Notes: generated by a model from the sequence alone, not told the origin. DNA of 64,000 bases from Eledone cirrhosa (GCA_964016885.1 OZ024747.1:76818001-76882000); one strand, 5' to 3'; shown: positions 1-14,642, counted from the stretch's first letter. Numbers and translations: made by a program.

Positions 1-3
1 CAC

Positions 4-53
<50 letters not shown>

Positions 54-502
54 TAAAGCCCCAGTCTGTAATGTGATGCGCCATTTTATGAGGCTGTGTT
101 ATTCTGTTATAAAAATGCACTTCCACCACTCCAGCTCACCTCAATCCCCTGTACAAACACAATACATAGATACAATATATATATATATATATATATAGTG
201 CGTGTGTGTGTGTTTGTGTGCTTGTAAATATGCATGAGTATATGTGTACATTTTTTTCACTGTAAATTATATATATATATATATTATACACACACACGTA
301 TACATATATATATTTCTTTTCTCTATCTCTACCTACCACATCAATCCACAGCCATCCCCCACCATCTCACTTCATTGCCCTGTACAAACACATACTCTCA
401 ATATGTATATATATCTGTGTGTGGGTGGGTGTGTGTGTGTTATGTGTGTGTGTGAATATGTATGCATTTGTTTGTGTGTATATTTTTTATCATTCGCTTT
501 AG

Positions 503-546
<44 letters not shown>

Positions 547-548
<2 letters not shown>

Positions 549-624
549 AGATGTTCCAAGAAATGTATATACACTTTCATTAGAATATTGTTGAAGTGTG
601 TATACATTTTTGGTGGACACCCTG
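547..624. mobile_element. Tiny Tc1/mariner-type MITE
   Basis: About 30-bp imperfect TIRs (caagatgttccaagaaatgtatatacactt versus cagggtgtccaccaaaaatgtatacacactt on the opposite strand) next to (TA)n. Confidence 0.55.
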
Positions 625-951
625 AATGTGTGTGTGTATATATATATATATATTATTTTCTCTTTCTCTGCCCACCACCACCATCCCCCCATAACCCCCT
701 CCCTTCAACACATCTATTGAATATTCATGAACTGACCTATGTACAGTAGGGCCAATTAGGTTCCAATTTTTCAAATCATGGCTACTTCCGGTTTTACGTG
801 AGATCGTGTTGTGCTTAAGGATTAGATGGAGCAGACGATATCTAGCTGGGATTTAGTGTTGTTGTTGTTGTATGTTGTCGAGTTGGGTTTTATGTTTGTT
901 GTTGTTGTTTTTGATTTCTGTTTTATATGGTTCTCCTAAAGGTTTTGTTGG

Positions 952-1278
952 TGATGATGATGATGATGATGGTGATGGTGATGGCGAAGATGATGGTGAA
1001 GATGATGGTGAGGATGATGATGATGATGATGGTGATGATGGTGATGATGATGATGATGGTGATGATGGTGATGATGATGATGATGGTGATGGTGATGGTG
1101 ATGATGATGGTGGTGGTGATGGCGAAGATGATGGTGAAGATGGTGGTGATGATGGTGATGATGATGATGATGGTGAAGATGATGATGGTGATGGTGATGG
1201 TGATGATGATGGTGGTGGTGATGGCGAAGATGATGGTGATGATGATGATGATGGTGAAGATGATGATGGTGATGGTGA

Positions 1279-1310
<32 letters not shown>

Positions 1311-2280
1311 ATGGTGAAGATCATGATGGTGATGGTGATGATGATGATGATGATGATGGTGATGGTGATGGTGATGGTAAAGATGATGATGTGATGATGA
1401 TGGTGATGATGGTGATGGTGATGATAAAGATGATGGTAAAGATGATGGTGGTGATGATGGTGAGGATGATGGTGAGGATGATGGTGATGGTGATGGTGAT
1501 GGTGATGATGATGGTGATGGTGATGATGGTGGTGGTGATGATGATGATGGTGATGGTGATGATGATGATGATGGTGATGATGATGGTGATGATGATGATG
1601 ATGATGGTGATATTGCTGTATTATTGTTGTTTTATGCGGTTCTATTGAAGCTCTTCTATGTTGTATGCCTGTTGTTGTTGTTGTTGTTGTTGTATGCTTA
1701 TTGTCGCATGTTTATTGTTGTAGATGTTGTTGATGTTGTAGTATTGTATTGTTGTTAATGTTGTAGTTGTTGTTGTTGTACTGTTGTATCTTCGTTGTTG
1801 ATGTTGTTGTTGTTTTTATTGTTGTATGCCAGTTGTTGTTGTTGTACTGTTGTATGTTTGTTGTTGATGTTGTTGTTGTTGTTGTTGTTTTTGTTGTTAT
1901 TGTATGCCAGTTGTTGTTGTTATTGTTGTATGCCAGTTGTTGTTGTACTGTTGTATCTTTGTTGTTGATGTTGTTGTTGTTGTTGTTGTTATTGTATGCC
2001 AGTTGTTGTTGTTATTGTTGTATGCCAGTTGTTGTTGTACTATTGTATGTTTGTTGTTGATGTTGCTGTTGTTGTTGTTATTGTATGCCAGTTGCTGTTA
2101 TTTTTGTATGTCAGTTGTTGTTGTTGTACTGTTGTATGTTTGTTGTTATTGTTGTATGTCTGTTGCTGTTGTTATTGTATGCCAGTTGTTGTTGTTGTAC
2201 TGTTGTATGTTTGTTGTTATTGTTGTATGTCTGTTGTTGTTATTGTATTGATGTATGTTTGTTGTTGTTGTAGTTGTTGT
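952..2280. repeat. Compound trinucleotide satellites (GAT/GGT)n then (GTT)n with a gtatgccag unit
   Basis: Direct inspection. Confidence 0.95.
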
Positions 2281-2514
2281 AATGAGTTGGTTTCTCGTCT
2301 CCACATTCAACTCACCCAATACAACAGATATCGTCAGATTGGTGGCAGACCTGAGCTGTTCTTACGTGATTTGTATGTAATATCGTCTGCCACAAGTGAA
2401 ACCACTTTCTAACATTTTCCTCCGTTACTGCGGCACCCATTACATAGCATTCTTCTTTGTCACTTACTCTTCCTCTTTATTCTATCTCTCTCAATCTATC
2501 TATCTAGCTTTATG

Positions 2515-2551
<37 letters not shown>

Positions 2552-2626
2552 CTGTGTTTGTGTATATACTAGAGATATACAGAAAGATATATATATATAC
2601 ATACATACATTTATATGTATATATAT

Positions 2627-2714
<88 letters not shown>

Positions 2715-2790
2715 TTGTCGCTCTCTATATATTTCTAGTATATACTCAAACACAGCTATATATATACTAGAAATATAGAGAGAGCGACAA

Positions 2791-3295
<505 letters not shown>

Positions 3296-3441
3296 TATAT
3301 CTACTCCAATTATTTGTCGAGTGCTTTATATCAGTTATAATAATTGTTTCTACTTTAGGCACAAGGCCAGCAATTACCCAGTGCATTACTGGTACTAATA
3401 ATATTTGCTTGTTGTATCCCAACAATTTAAATTGAACTTTT

Positions 3442-3475
<34 letters not shown>

Positions 3476-3653
3476 TAATCTATAAAGTATACATATAAAT
3501 GTATGTATATATATATATATATATCTTTCTGTATATCTCTAGTATATACACAAACACAGCTATATATATATATCTATATATATATATGTTTGTCGCTCTC
3601 TATATATCTCTAGTATGTACACAAACACACAAATTCATTATCAGTGACACAAA

Positions 3654-3783
<130 letters not shown>

Positions 3784-3900
3784 CCTTCAATCACTAACTC
3801 TATTTCTGTCTGCTTCTCTCCTACATACTTTCCTATCTTTTTCTTTCTATCTTGTTATCTTGTTCACTCCCCCTCCCTACTCAAACACACAAACACACAA

Positions 3901-3935
<35 letters not shown>

Positions 3936-4324
3936 ATTATCCTCGTTTCTTTTTCACACACACACATACACCTACTCTCTTTTACTCTCCTAGGCACTCA
4001 TTCCCCCTCTCTCTCTCCTCTCTCTCTCCTCTCTCTCCTCTCTCTCCTCTCTCTCCTCTCCTTCACACATATACACCTATCCCCTCCTCCTCCTCCTCCT
4101 CCTCCTACTCCTCCCCACACACAACCACAGAGACCTTCTTCTGTCCTCCTCTCTTATTCCACTCAACATAAGTTTGATCTTAACTGTCACAAAATTAATA
4201 AACTGACAACCCAACAACTTAATTCGTCTCTTTCAATTTCAATCCCATCCTCCATTTTGAACGTTCCCTTTTTTTTCTATAAATAAACACACATATAGAT
4301 AGTATCCTCTCTCTCTCTTTCTCG

Positions 4325-4380
<56 letters not shown>

Positions 4381-4425
4381 CCCGTCTTAGGGGATGGATG
4401 TATATATACACACACATACACACAA

Positions 4426-4494
<69 letters not shown>

Positions 4495-4906
4495 TGTGCG
4501 TGTGTGTGATGAGACGTAACTAAATGCCACAAAGCATTTTGTTCGACGCTCTATTGATTCTGCCAATCCCAATTAGTTCTAAATAAATAATTGTTTCTAC
4601 TTTAGGCACAAGGCCAGCAATTACCCAGTGCATTAACATATAAACAGACTAAAATATCAATGAACGCCATGAGTGACGCCTAATTTGTTGCTGTGACGTC
4701 ACTAGTGATATCACGAGATACAATTTTAAATTTGTCAGTAAATTTGATAAGTAGGTTAATTGGTTGACGAGCCATGAAACTGTGTTTCATTGATAATTAG
4801 TAGTGTACCCGTGTCGTCAATAAGATTTGGTTTGCTATAATATATATCTAGCTGTCGAAACTGCCGGAGCTCAGCTGTCGGGGTCCTGACTCTTTTCCTA
4901 TATATT

Positions 4907-4937
<31 letters not shown>

Positions 4938-6498
4938 ATATATATATATACCAGGATGACTGGATATATGAACAAGCATACAAATTGGGAAATTTACGGT
5001 TCGATAACTGCATGATTTGTTTAAGAGAAACCATATAGTTTATGTTGATTACACAAATGTGTAGAAGAGAATAATAATTTATTACAGCATGTAAGTAAAA
5101 ATGACATACAAGATTAAATGTACGAGTAACTTTGAAAAATTGACCATGTACAAGGAAAAATGTAGAGTTAGAGCCCCAGAGCATTGTGACAGGAAAGCGA
5201 ATTTCTTAATGTGGGAAAATGACTGGGATAGGAAAATCATTGTATGTATGTAAATTTTAAAGAGTTACACAAACATATGTAGTGTATTATTATAGAATAA
5301 AATATTACAAAGACAGAGATAAAAAAACAATTAGTGTTATTAGGTTCATGCTTTGGATGAAAGAAAGAAAAGAAGTTCAACGTATCGGAGGTTAGTTCTT
5401 CGTCAGGAGAGTACAATAGTAGATAGGTTAGAAAATAAAAAATAGAAAAGGGGACACATGTGAGTGCGCGTGTGCTGTTTATAATTATTTGCTTGTTTCA
5501 GCGTATATCTTGGTGGAATGGTCAATACATTGTTCGTGATACGGTATTATTATAAAAAAAATAAATGGAATTGAGTTGACAGATGCTTCGAAATCATTGA
5601 CTGATACTATTTATTAGTGTCTTCTCCCCATTCGGTTTTTATGAAATAAAAATGAGATGTGGTCAGGAAAATATCATACATAATACAATATCATTTCGAT
5701 AATTTCAAAAAATTGAAAATACTTCATACACTGCTTAAAGGAACAAAGCTTACGGGGACAGAAGGACTAAGACTTTATTTCTATGTAATTATATCACACT
5801 ATATTTTTTCCTAGCTACTATCAGATCCTTTTATGCCGTCTCTCTGATTCTATTTCTGTCAACCTCTTTCTCCGCCAATTTAAATGTCTCTCAATGTGTC
5901 CCCTATCCTCTGGACTAGCGCAACACAATTCTATATCAATCATTCTATCAACTTGACAATGTTATTTAGACTTGTTAAATGGTTTAGGATCCTTTTCATT
6001 GTTTTATGGTTTGTTCACGTTATTCTAATCATGATGTGTTTGTGGGCAAGTTTAGCTGTCGTTGGCGTGTGCGCTTTGATTCTATGTAGTTATATAAACA
6101 TTCAGTTGTGTAAGGAAGGAGAAATGAAAAGTTACAGTGTTCATGGTATTTGAAATGACGTTTCAAATGAAGCACGAGAAATGTTAGTGATATATATAGA
6201 GAAATAGTGAACTGTCTTCATTTTTCACAGAATATATCATTATTCTAGAATGTCACACTACACCAGTGAATATATTTATAGACAATCTGGTAATCAGATT
6301 TGGCTGTTAGTTTTAGTCTCTCCATTCGTTGTTTACATTTTCGTTTTTTTTTTGTTTTTTTTTTTCTTCTTTTGCGTTTCTTTTTACTTGGGAATCTTTT
6401 ATATGGAAGAAGAAAGCCATTATAGATAATGGAAATAATGGAAAATATAACTCGATCTTCCTCTCCCCTTCTCTCTCTCTCCCTCTCTCATTCACGCA

Positions 6499-6563
<65 letters not shown>

Positions 6564-6826
6564 CGGACGGTACTTGATTTAGGAGCCGCAGAAACCCAAA
6601 TACTGGATTTTACCAACCTTCCAGGGGTCCGGGTAAATTTTCAATACCCGAATTACTTGATCGTTTTTTTGGCTATGCGAATGATTGTTTGACCATCGTC
6701 TCAGTGTGTTTGGCGTTTAACGTTTGTTATAGCTCTAGTTCATCTGAACCATTGAGCACTTGCCTCACATCTCGGAGGTTGTTTTTCGTTATTTCGTGGG
6801 CCGAAATGCGAATCTCGATAATTTAT

Positions 6827-6887
<61 letters not shown>

Positions 6888-7277
6888 TTTTCATTCGTTT
6901 GGACAAAGCTCGTTGAGGAAGTAAACTCCCGTCCGCTGGCACCTAGAAGTCTTATATATTTTTATGTGAGCTGATAGAGGACAGTTTAAGGATTTACAGA
7001 AACCCAAGAAGCTAGATTTACCATCTTTCTAGTGGGTCCGGGTATGCTTTTTACATTCATTTGATTTATTGATTTGTTGATTTTTTATCTGAGTGTCCCG
7101 AATCTTCCAGATCGCAATTTTTCGGTCGTACGGTTGATTATAGACTTGTTCTATGTGTGACGGTATTTTAACGATAGTTATAGCTCTGATTTATCTAAAT
7201 TATTGAGCCCTCTGCCGCTCATATCGAATTTTGTTTATCGTGAACTCGTGCGCCGATTTTTCGATACTCGATTATTC

Positions 7278-7337
<60 letters not shown>

Positions 7338-7734
7338 TATACATTGATATTGTATATTCTGTCATTCGTGTGCAATCTGATTACCGACTATCAACAGCTC
7401 AGTAGCTGACAACAGGTTAGTTCTTTTACATGGACTGACTCATCACTGTAACTAACGTAATCATATAAAATTAAGGAGTGTTTTATTTATCCAACCATAC
7501 TGTAGGCTTGGGTTAAGATAGACGCGACAAAATAAAAATGTGGCCTTTTTTTCAAGATAAACATGTAAAAATATATATACACTCCATATGTGTATGCCCA
7601 TGTGTTTAAATACGTGAGTGGATGTGTATGTATATATACACAGAGCTGCAAACGGAAATGTTGGGACTTTTAGTGTTTTGTTTTATTGTGGTTCAGCTCC
7701 CCATTAGCATTCGTGGACTAAACATATGACACAG

Positions 7735-7778
<44 letters not shown>

Positions 7779-7780
<2 letters not shown>

Positions 7781-8120
7781 ATAATATCAACAAATGGAAA
7801 ACAGCTCCACGAAACCACATCCACTCAACTACACGCATCTCAAGGATACCAACACCCCAGCACACCCTCGTCAGACAAAATGCAACAATCAGTGCAAAGA
7901 TAGCGACACATTCCCATGCGAACTTCCTGCCAAAAGCTCATCTAAGATGTTCGCTATCTTAGATGAGTTTGTGGATGTGTCGCTATCTTTGCGTCGATTG
8001 TTGTATTTTGTCTGACGAGGGGGTCTGGGGTGTTGGTACCCTTGAGATGCATGTATTAGAGTGGATGTGGTGTCCGTTGAGTGCTTCTAATCTGTTGTAA
8101 ATTAACTTTGTTGATTATTA
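7779..8120. mobile_element. Older palindromic HHR element of the same family as element A (element B), core degenerate (GAGA)
   Basis: Imperfect inverted arms after a (TA)n tract; shares attttgtCTGAYGA and ttggtatcctt boxes with element A; HHR-like motifs at 7822-7882 (-) and 8004-8063 (+). Confidence 0.7.
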
Positions 8121-8447
8121 TTATATACATATATGAAAATAGGGAGAAAAAGACGATTATTAGGAAGAAAAGAAATGTTGTTTCCCTTTATTTTTTTTTT
8201 TTTTCTGGGTTAGAAAATGTTTAAAACAAAATATTTTACTTTGTATGAGGTGTTAAGGTATTAGTTAATTTATTTATTAATTAACAATGGCATTTATTTA
8301 TTTATTTATATATTTAATAATTGTCTATTACCGGTTTCAGCATTTTATGCATTATCAAATATATATATATATACATATATATATACATATATATATATAT
8401 AAATTAACTTTATTGAATAATCAACAAACCAAATAACTCATTGTTTA

Positions 8448-8528
<81 letters not shown>

Positions 8529-8934
8529 TTGCCTAATTTTGAAAAAGTACTTCATAGGTGAATTTCTTTGGTGTTTTGTAATATGTTTATGTTACTTCAG
8601 GTTCATATATTGATGTTTGGTGTCCGTGCTGTTGGATTTGGTTGTGAAAATTATGTTATGTGCATTGCATTGGATTAATTCTAAGGCTGTTATCATAGCT
8701 GTTATCGAGTTGTTTATTTCAGTTGTGTAATTAGGTTTTTATTGTTATGGCTCCTTGTGAAATCATTTGTAGCGCAATATCTATTTATTTTTTTATATTG
8801 TGGTTGGTTTGTTTTTGTTCTTACTTTGTGTTTGTGTGTCTGTTTTTGTGTGTGTCTGTGTGTGTTTTAAGGGATGGGTGTTGATTTCATTAAAATCAAT
8901 TCATTAAAACCAGCCCTGATGAAAATTGCTCTAC

Positions 8935-8987
<53 letters not shown>

Positions 8988-9095
8988 GAAAGAAATATAC
9001 GCAATTTGCGTCACATGGTTGTAGTTAGGCAGTAAACTAGCCATTTGGGGTGTGTTTATTTATGAGGTTATTCTCACTCCTCTATTATATCTTTA

Positions 9096-9174
<79 letters not shown>

Positions 9175-9599
9175 GTTGTGTGTCTATTGAATTCCTTGTC
9201 GAATATAATGTTTTTCACAAGTTTGTGGGACACTTGTTGTTCAGCTGCAGCCAACCCTGGGCGTAGAATAAAAGACATTCCAACAGTTACAGTCCCATCG
9301 TTTTGAAAAATAAATAGGAATTCACTATTTAATGCGTCTGTCTTTCCTATTTATTAGACGGTGAGGTGTGATTTGTAGCAAATTTTACTGCTATTTCTAG
9401 CAGGTCAAGCATTCGAGTAGATGGTTGATGAAGTCGGTAAGATATATATATATATACAAATATATATATATATATATATACAAATATATATATATATATA
9501 TGAAAAGCGGACGTAAAATGATGATGATGATATAAAATATATATATATATAAAATATATATATATATATAAACAGAGAGAGAGAGAAAGAGAGAGAGAT

Positions 9600-9706
<107 letters not shown>

Positions 9707-9710
9707 AAGC

Positions 9711-9893
9711 AATAACTGTTTCTACTTTTGGCACAAGGCCAGCAATTAATCAGTGTATTACTGGTACTTTATTTTATCGACACCGTAAGGATTAAAGGCA
9801 AAGTTAACCTCGGCGGGATTTGAACTCAGACCATAAAGGGCCGTAACTCTTTGCTGCAAAGCATGGCGTCTGACCCTCTACCGATACTGCTAA
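9711..9893 (-). mobile_element. SINE family 1 copy
   Basis: Reverse complement of the 31683-31870 consensus. Confidence 0.85.
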
Positions 9894-9907
9894 CGGTCTT
9901 ATTTACG

Positions 9908-10049
<142 letters not shown>

Positions 10050-10868
10050 ACAGTGCAGGTTTTTATCGTTTAAATACATGTATTCCAAGTAAATTGTTAA
10101 CAGCATTAGTGTTCCTGTATCATTTATGACTGAACACGCATTCTATACATGATTGTATGATAGTATGTATACTATGAACCTATCACCATACACATAATCT
10201 GGTTTTGTCTTGTCTTATCGTAGCGTATTTTCAGAAATGATATTTATGTGTGGTGTGATTTTAGCTTTGTATTTTGTTTCATTGTCATGGTAATGTCTTA
10301 GGTGATGAAGTTTACTTATATATTTTTGTTTTGTCTAGTTTTTTTCTAGTTCCGTAAAAATGTCGGTTAGTAAATCAGTGTTATATAACATTGTGTTTAG
10401 AATTGTGGTGTCGTGATTATTTATTGTATTTCTATGTGTGTAGTACTGGAATTGTTTAAAACTATATTGTCCATATTCTGTATAAATCTATATATTTAAA
10501 AATGAAAAGCGTAGGATAAAATTCTTGCTCTTATTTGTTCCACCCCTCTGATCACTGAGTAAAAATTACCATGGGGCCATACCTGGCTTTCAGCTGTTTT
10601 AAACTCGATAAAATTAAGGGCAATTCCTAGCTGTGGTATTTCCATTTCTCTGCATCCTGAGTTTTTGTTTATTTGATATAATAAATTCTTTTTAAGTTTA
10701 TTTTTTTATTATCTGAACGTCATTTGAATATATAGAATTTAATTAGCGTAAAATTTTACTTATGTGATAGTTCCAGGAAAGGCACCGTAAGCAATACTAA
10801 CATGCTCCTTTAAGAACCAACAAATGTTGGTTTGTCCCCCCTCACATTTTTAAGGCAAACGAGGCCCC

Positions 10869-11000
10869 TGGTTCTACCTATCAAATCATCCACAATGAGT
10901 TCGGTTTCCATAAAGTTTGTGCAAGATTGGTGCAAAGAGAGCTTACGGCAGAAACACAATCACAAATGTATTGAGATCCAGCAACGTTTATTTGACTGCT
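10869..11000 (+). pseudogene. Mariner transposase fragment
   Basis: GSTYQIIHNEFGFHKVCARLVQRELTAE then frameshift to KCIEIQQRLFD; matches the mariner K.cARWVPreL linker region. Confidence 0.8.
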
Positions 11001-11247
11001 CCAACTGTCACACTGTTATGGTTTCAATTTGATGATTTCTGTTGGAACAGGTGCACAGGTAACTTTGTAATTAACTTCTCACTTATTTCACAACTTTCAC
11101 AAAAATAAACAACAGCTACAGAAAAACAATAACACAACAATAATAAATAAATGGATCAAGTATTTATGACTATTCGAGAAAAACCGTACATACACATTTG
11201 CTCTTTGTCTCTGTCTCTCTCTTTCTCTCTCTATATATATATATCTT

Positions 11248-11278
<31 letters not shown>

Positions 11279-11281
11279 CTT

Positions 11282-11514
<233 letters not shown>

Positions 11515-11532
11515 TTATATATATATATATAT

Positions 11533-11914
11533 TCAATTTAAGAATAAATCTAGAAAATAAATACAATACATTCTTCACCCGCCGATGAGCAAGGATTTGG
11601 TATTCCTCTTCACAATTAATATTGCGAAACAGTATTATCAAAACTGTCCGGGTGATTGGTAGTTACCACAATTCTGGTTGGTATTTATTTTTCTTGATTT
11701 ATTCTTAAATTGAGTCTGGCAAACCCTATTGTCTATAGTTAGTATTCTCTTCACCTTAGCGAATCTGGTCCCTTACGGTTTGAACACATACATGTATATG
11801 TCTGTGTTCGTTTTTCTTTTTTGTTCAGTTATATTATACGGGTCGAAAAACCTCTTTCCTAGAGATAATTTATTGTATGAGACTATTTTGAGTTTCTAAC
11901 TCAATACATGCCTT

Positions 11915-11915
<1 letters not shown>
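11533..11915 (+). mobile_element. HHR-bearing insertion inside a (TA)n tract (element C)
   Basis: Flanked by long (TA)n on both sides; 31-bp inverted repeat at about 11533-11563 and 11681-11712; absent from the paralogous copy of this locus near 17750. Confidence 0.8.
11576..11654 (+). ncRNA. Type I hammerhead ribozyme with U4C core variant
   Basis: cacccg-CCGATGA-gcaa..ttgc-GAAA-cagt attatcaaa actg-TC-cgggtg: perfect 6-bp stem I, 4-bp stems II and III, GUC cleavage triplet (after 11648). Confidence 0.8.
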
Positions 11916-12013
<98 letters not shown>

Positions 12014-12174
12014 TTCTTTCTCTTAACTATTCTTTCTTGCTTGTTTTCTCTCTCAGTATATTTATCTAGTCTGTTCTCCTTCACTCCCACCGTATTGTGT
12101 TTAAAAGCCTCCGATGATTTTCAGCCCCTGACACGAGAGAGAGGTGTGGGTTAGATAGATAGATAGATATATAA

Positions 12175-12235
<61 letters not shown>

Positions 12236-12313
12236 CATACATACGTATAGAAGTGTGTATATGCTAGATATTATAATTGGGTTTCTAGTATCTGTTATTG
12301 TTGGTAAATGTGT

Positions 12314-12394
<81 letters not shown>

Positions 12395-13070
12395 ACATTA
12401 TTTGTCCCCAACCTGTCAAAATAAGCAGTCTCTTTATAAGGATTGTCAATAAAGTTGGTTATCTCCCTTTTTTTATAAGGATTGTCAATAAAGTTGGTTA
12501 TCTCCCTTACATCAATTTTGCTACCGATAATTTTGATATCGATTTTTTATTGCTCAACGTGGGTCGATTGGAAAAATATTTGTGATGTGACCATCTTAGC
12601 GACCTGTGCAATGTGCACAGAAAATTTGGTCAAATTCTGTTGGTAATTGTAAAAGCCTTGGGTATCCAAAGTTGTACACAGGCACACACACATCCTCGCT
12701 TTTATATATATAAAGATTTACATAAACATACTTTTCGCGGGTACATAAATAGAGGCAGGGAGATATAATATGCGTGTATGTGTGATTGTGTGTGGGGGGT
12801 GTATGTATGTGTGTAGTTGTGTGTGTGTGTGTGCGTGTGTGTGTGTGATTGTGTGTGTATGTGTGTGTGATTGTGTGTGTATGTGTGTGTGATTGTGTGT
12901 GTATGTGTGATTGTGTGTATGTGTGTGTGTGTGTGTGCGTATGGTTGTGTGTGTGTGAATGTGTGTGTATGTGTGAATGTGTGTGTGTGTGCGATTGCGT
13001 GTGTATGTGTGATTGTGTGTGATTGTGTGTGTATGTGTGATTGTGTGTGTGATTTTGTCCGTATGTGTCT

Positions 13071-13148
<78 letters not shown>

Positions 13149-13503
13149 ATTATAGTGTGAATATGTGTGTACGTGTATGCCCAGAAATGATAATCTTTGT
13201 AAGGGCAACAAATAATACGGAAGTTTGCAAGGACGGTTGAGTGAACAAGTGAGCATCATTCAACGATCCGAACTTGTGGCTGTTGGCTGTAATTTGACCA
13301 AAACTGATGCAATTTCCAGGCCGACCACATGCTTATGCAACAGAGCGGACATATTTCATATTTCGCCTATCTTCCCATCTATAATGATGGTTTAATGGAT
13401 GAGGTGAGATACTTCAATATAACTACAACATTAGTCAGCTTTTGCAAGCTAAGCAGATACTAGAGGAGATTTAGTGTGTACGTTAGTATACACACACACG
13501 CAC

Positions 13504-13560
<57 letters not shown>

Positions 13561-13898
13561 TATAAGATCAAAAGATGGGATGGTTAAAAGAGTTCCATGT
13601 ATTTTATTATGCGCATTTCAAAAACAAATATCATCATGTAATAACATTTGCGTTTTCGTCAGATAAAATAGGGAGACATGATATGAAGGTTAAAACACAC
13701 TTGTGAATAGTGCAGTTTTAAATCAACATATCATATGTTGATTTAAAACTGCACTATTCACAAGTGTGTTTTAACCTTCATATCATGTCTCCCTATTTTA
13801 TCTGACGAAAACGCAAATGTTATTACATGATGATATTTGTTTTTGAAATGCGCATAATAAAATACATGGAACTCTTTTAACCATCTTTTGATCTTATA
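13561..13898. mobile_element. Young perfect palindrome carrying two outward-facing HHRs (element D)
   Basis: Arms identical over about 150 bp around a 3-nt loop (tca, centre 13732); begins at the end of a (TA)n tract. Confidence 0.85.
13794..13864 (+). ncRNA. Minimal type I hammerhead ribozyme (mirror copy at 13600-13670 on minus strand)
   Basis: tattttat-CTGACGA-aaacgcaaatgttattacatgatgatatttgttttt (stem II hairpin with G.U pairs)-GAAA-tgcgca (palindromic stem III)-TA-ataaaata; perfect 8-bp stem I; predicted cleavage after 13856. Confidence 0.88.
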
Positions 13899-13988
13899 TA
13901 TTATTTATACTCCAGTCCTACAAACTGTAGAGTGCTACTTATCCGATATCTGCATTGCTTTATTGTACTACAATAAAACTCACCTCCT

Positions 13989-14036
<48 letters not shown>

Positions 14037-14059
14037 GCGTGTGTACGTACGTATATGTG

Positions 14060-14137
<78 letters not shown>

Positions 14138-14160
14138 TATGCGTACGTACACACGCGTAT

Positions 14161-14191
<31 letters not shown>

Positions 14192-14329
14192 CACAGAGGT
14201 ATCCACTGTAAGTTGTGGGGTCTATTCTGTATAAAGAACTCAATGTAATCCATATGTTGAAAATGTTGTAGGTTAAGATAAATCTCAGAAAACAATAAAA
14301 CATTAAAAGGAAAACAGAGTCATGATATA

Positions 14330-14357
14330 AGTTAGAAGTTAGGTTAGAGGTTAAGAG

Positions 14358-14388
<31 letters not shown>

Positions 14389-14392
14389 CACA

Positions 14393-14442
<50 letters not shown>

Positions 14443-14527
14443 AGTTAAAACAATGAAATAAAAAATCAAGTCCTTAGAGATGTGAAGTATATCTCTAAGG
14501 ACTTGATTTTTTATTTCATTGTTTTAA

Positions 14528-14607
<80 letters not shown>

Positions 14608-14611
14608 TGTG

Positions 14612-14642
<31 letters not shown>

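Noticed and set aside
872-1648. 258-aa Asp/Gly-rich ORF with a signal-peptide-like start
   Set aside because: Built from (GTT)n and (GAT/GGT)n microsatellites and slips frame into poly-Met/Val; no independent coding evidence.
2342-2393. 9-bp inverted repeat gtggcagac/gtctgccac as a possible miRNA precursor
   Set aside because: Interior pairing is too poor for a pre-miRNA and no known mature sequence was recognised.
8915-8995. CTGATGA..(TGA)n..GAAA
   Set aside because: The core match can be explained by the (TGA)n microsatellite; no convincing stems I or III.
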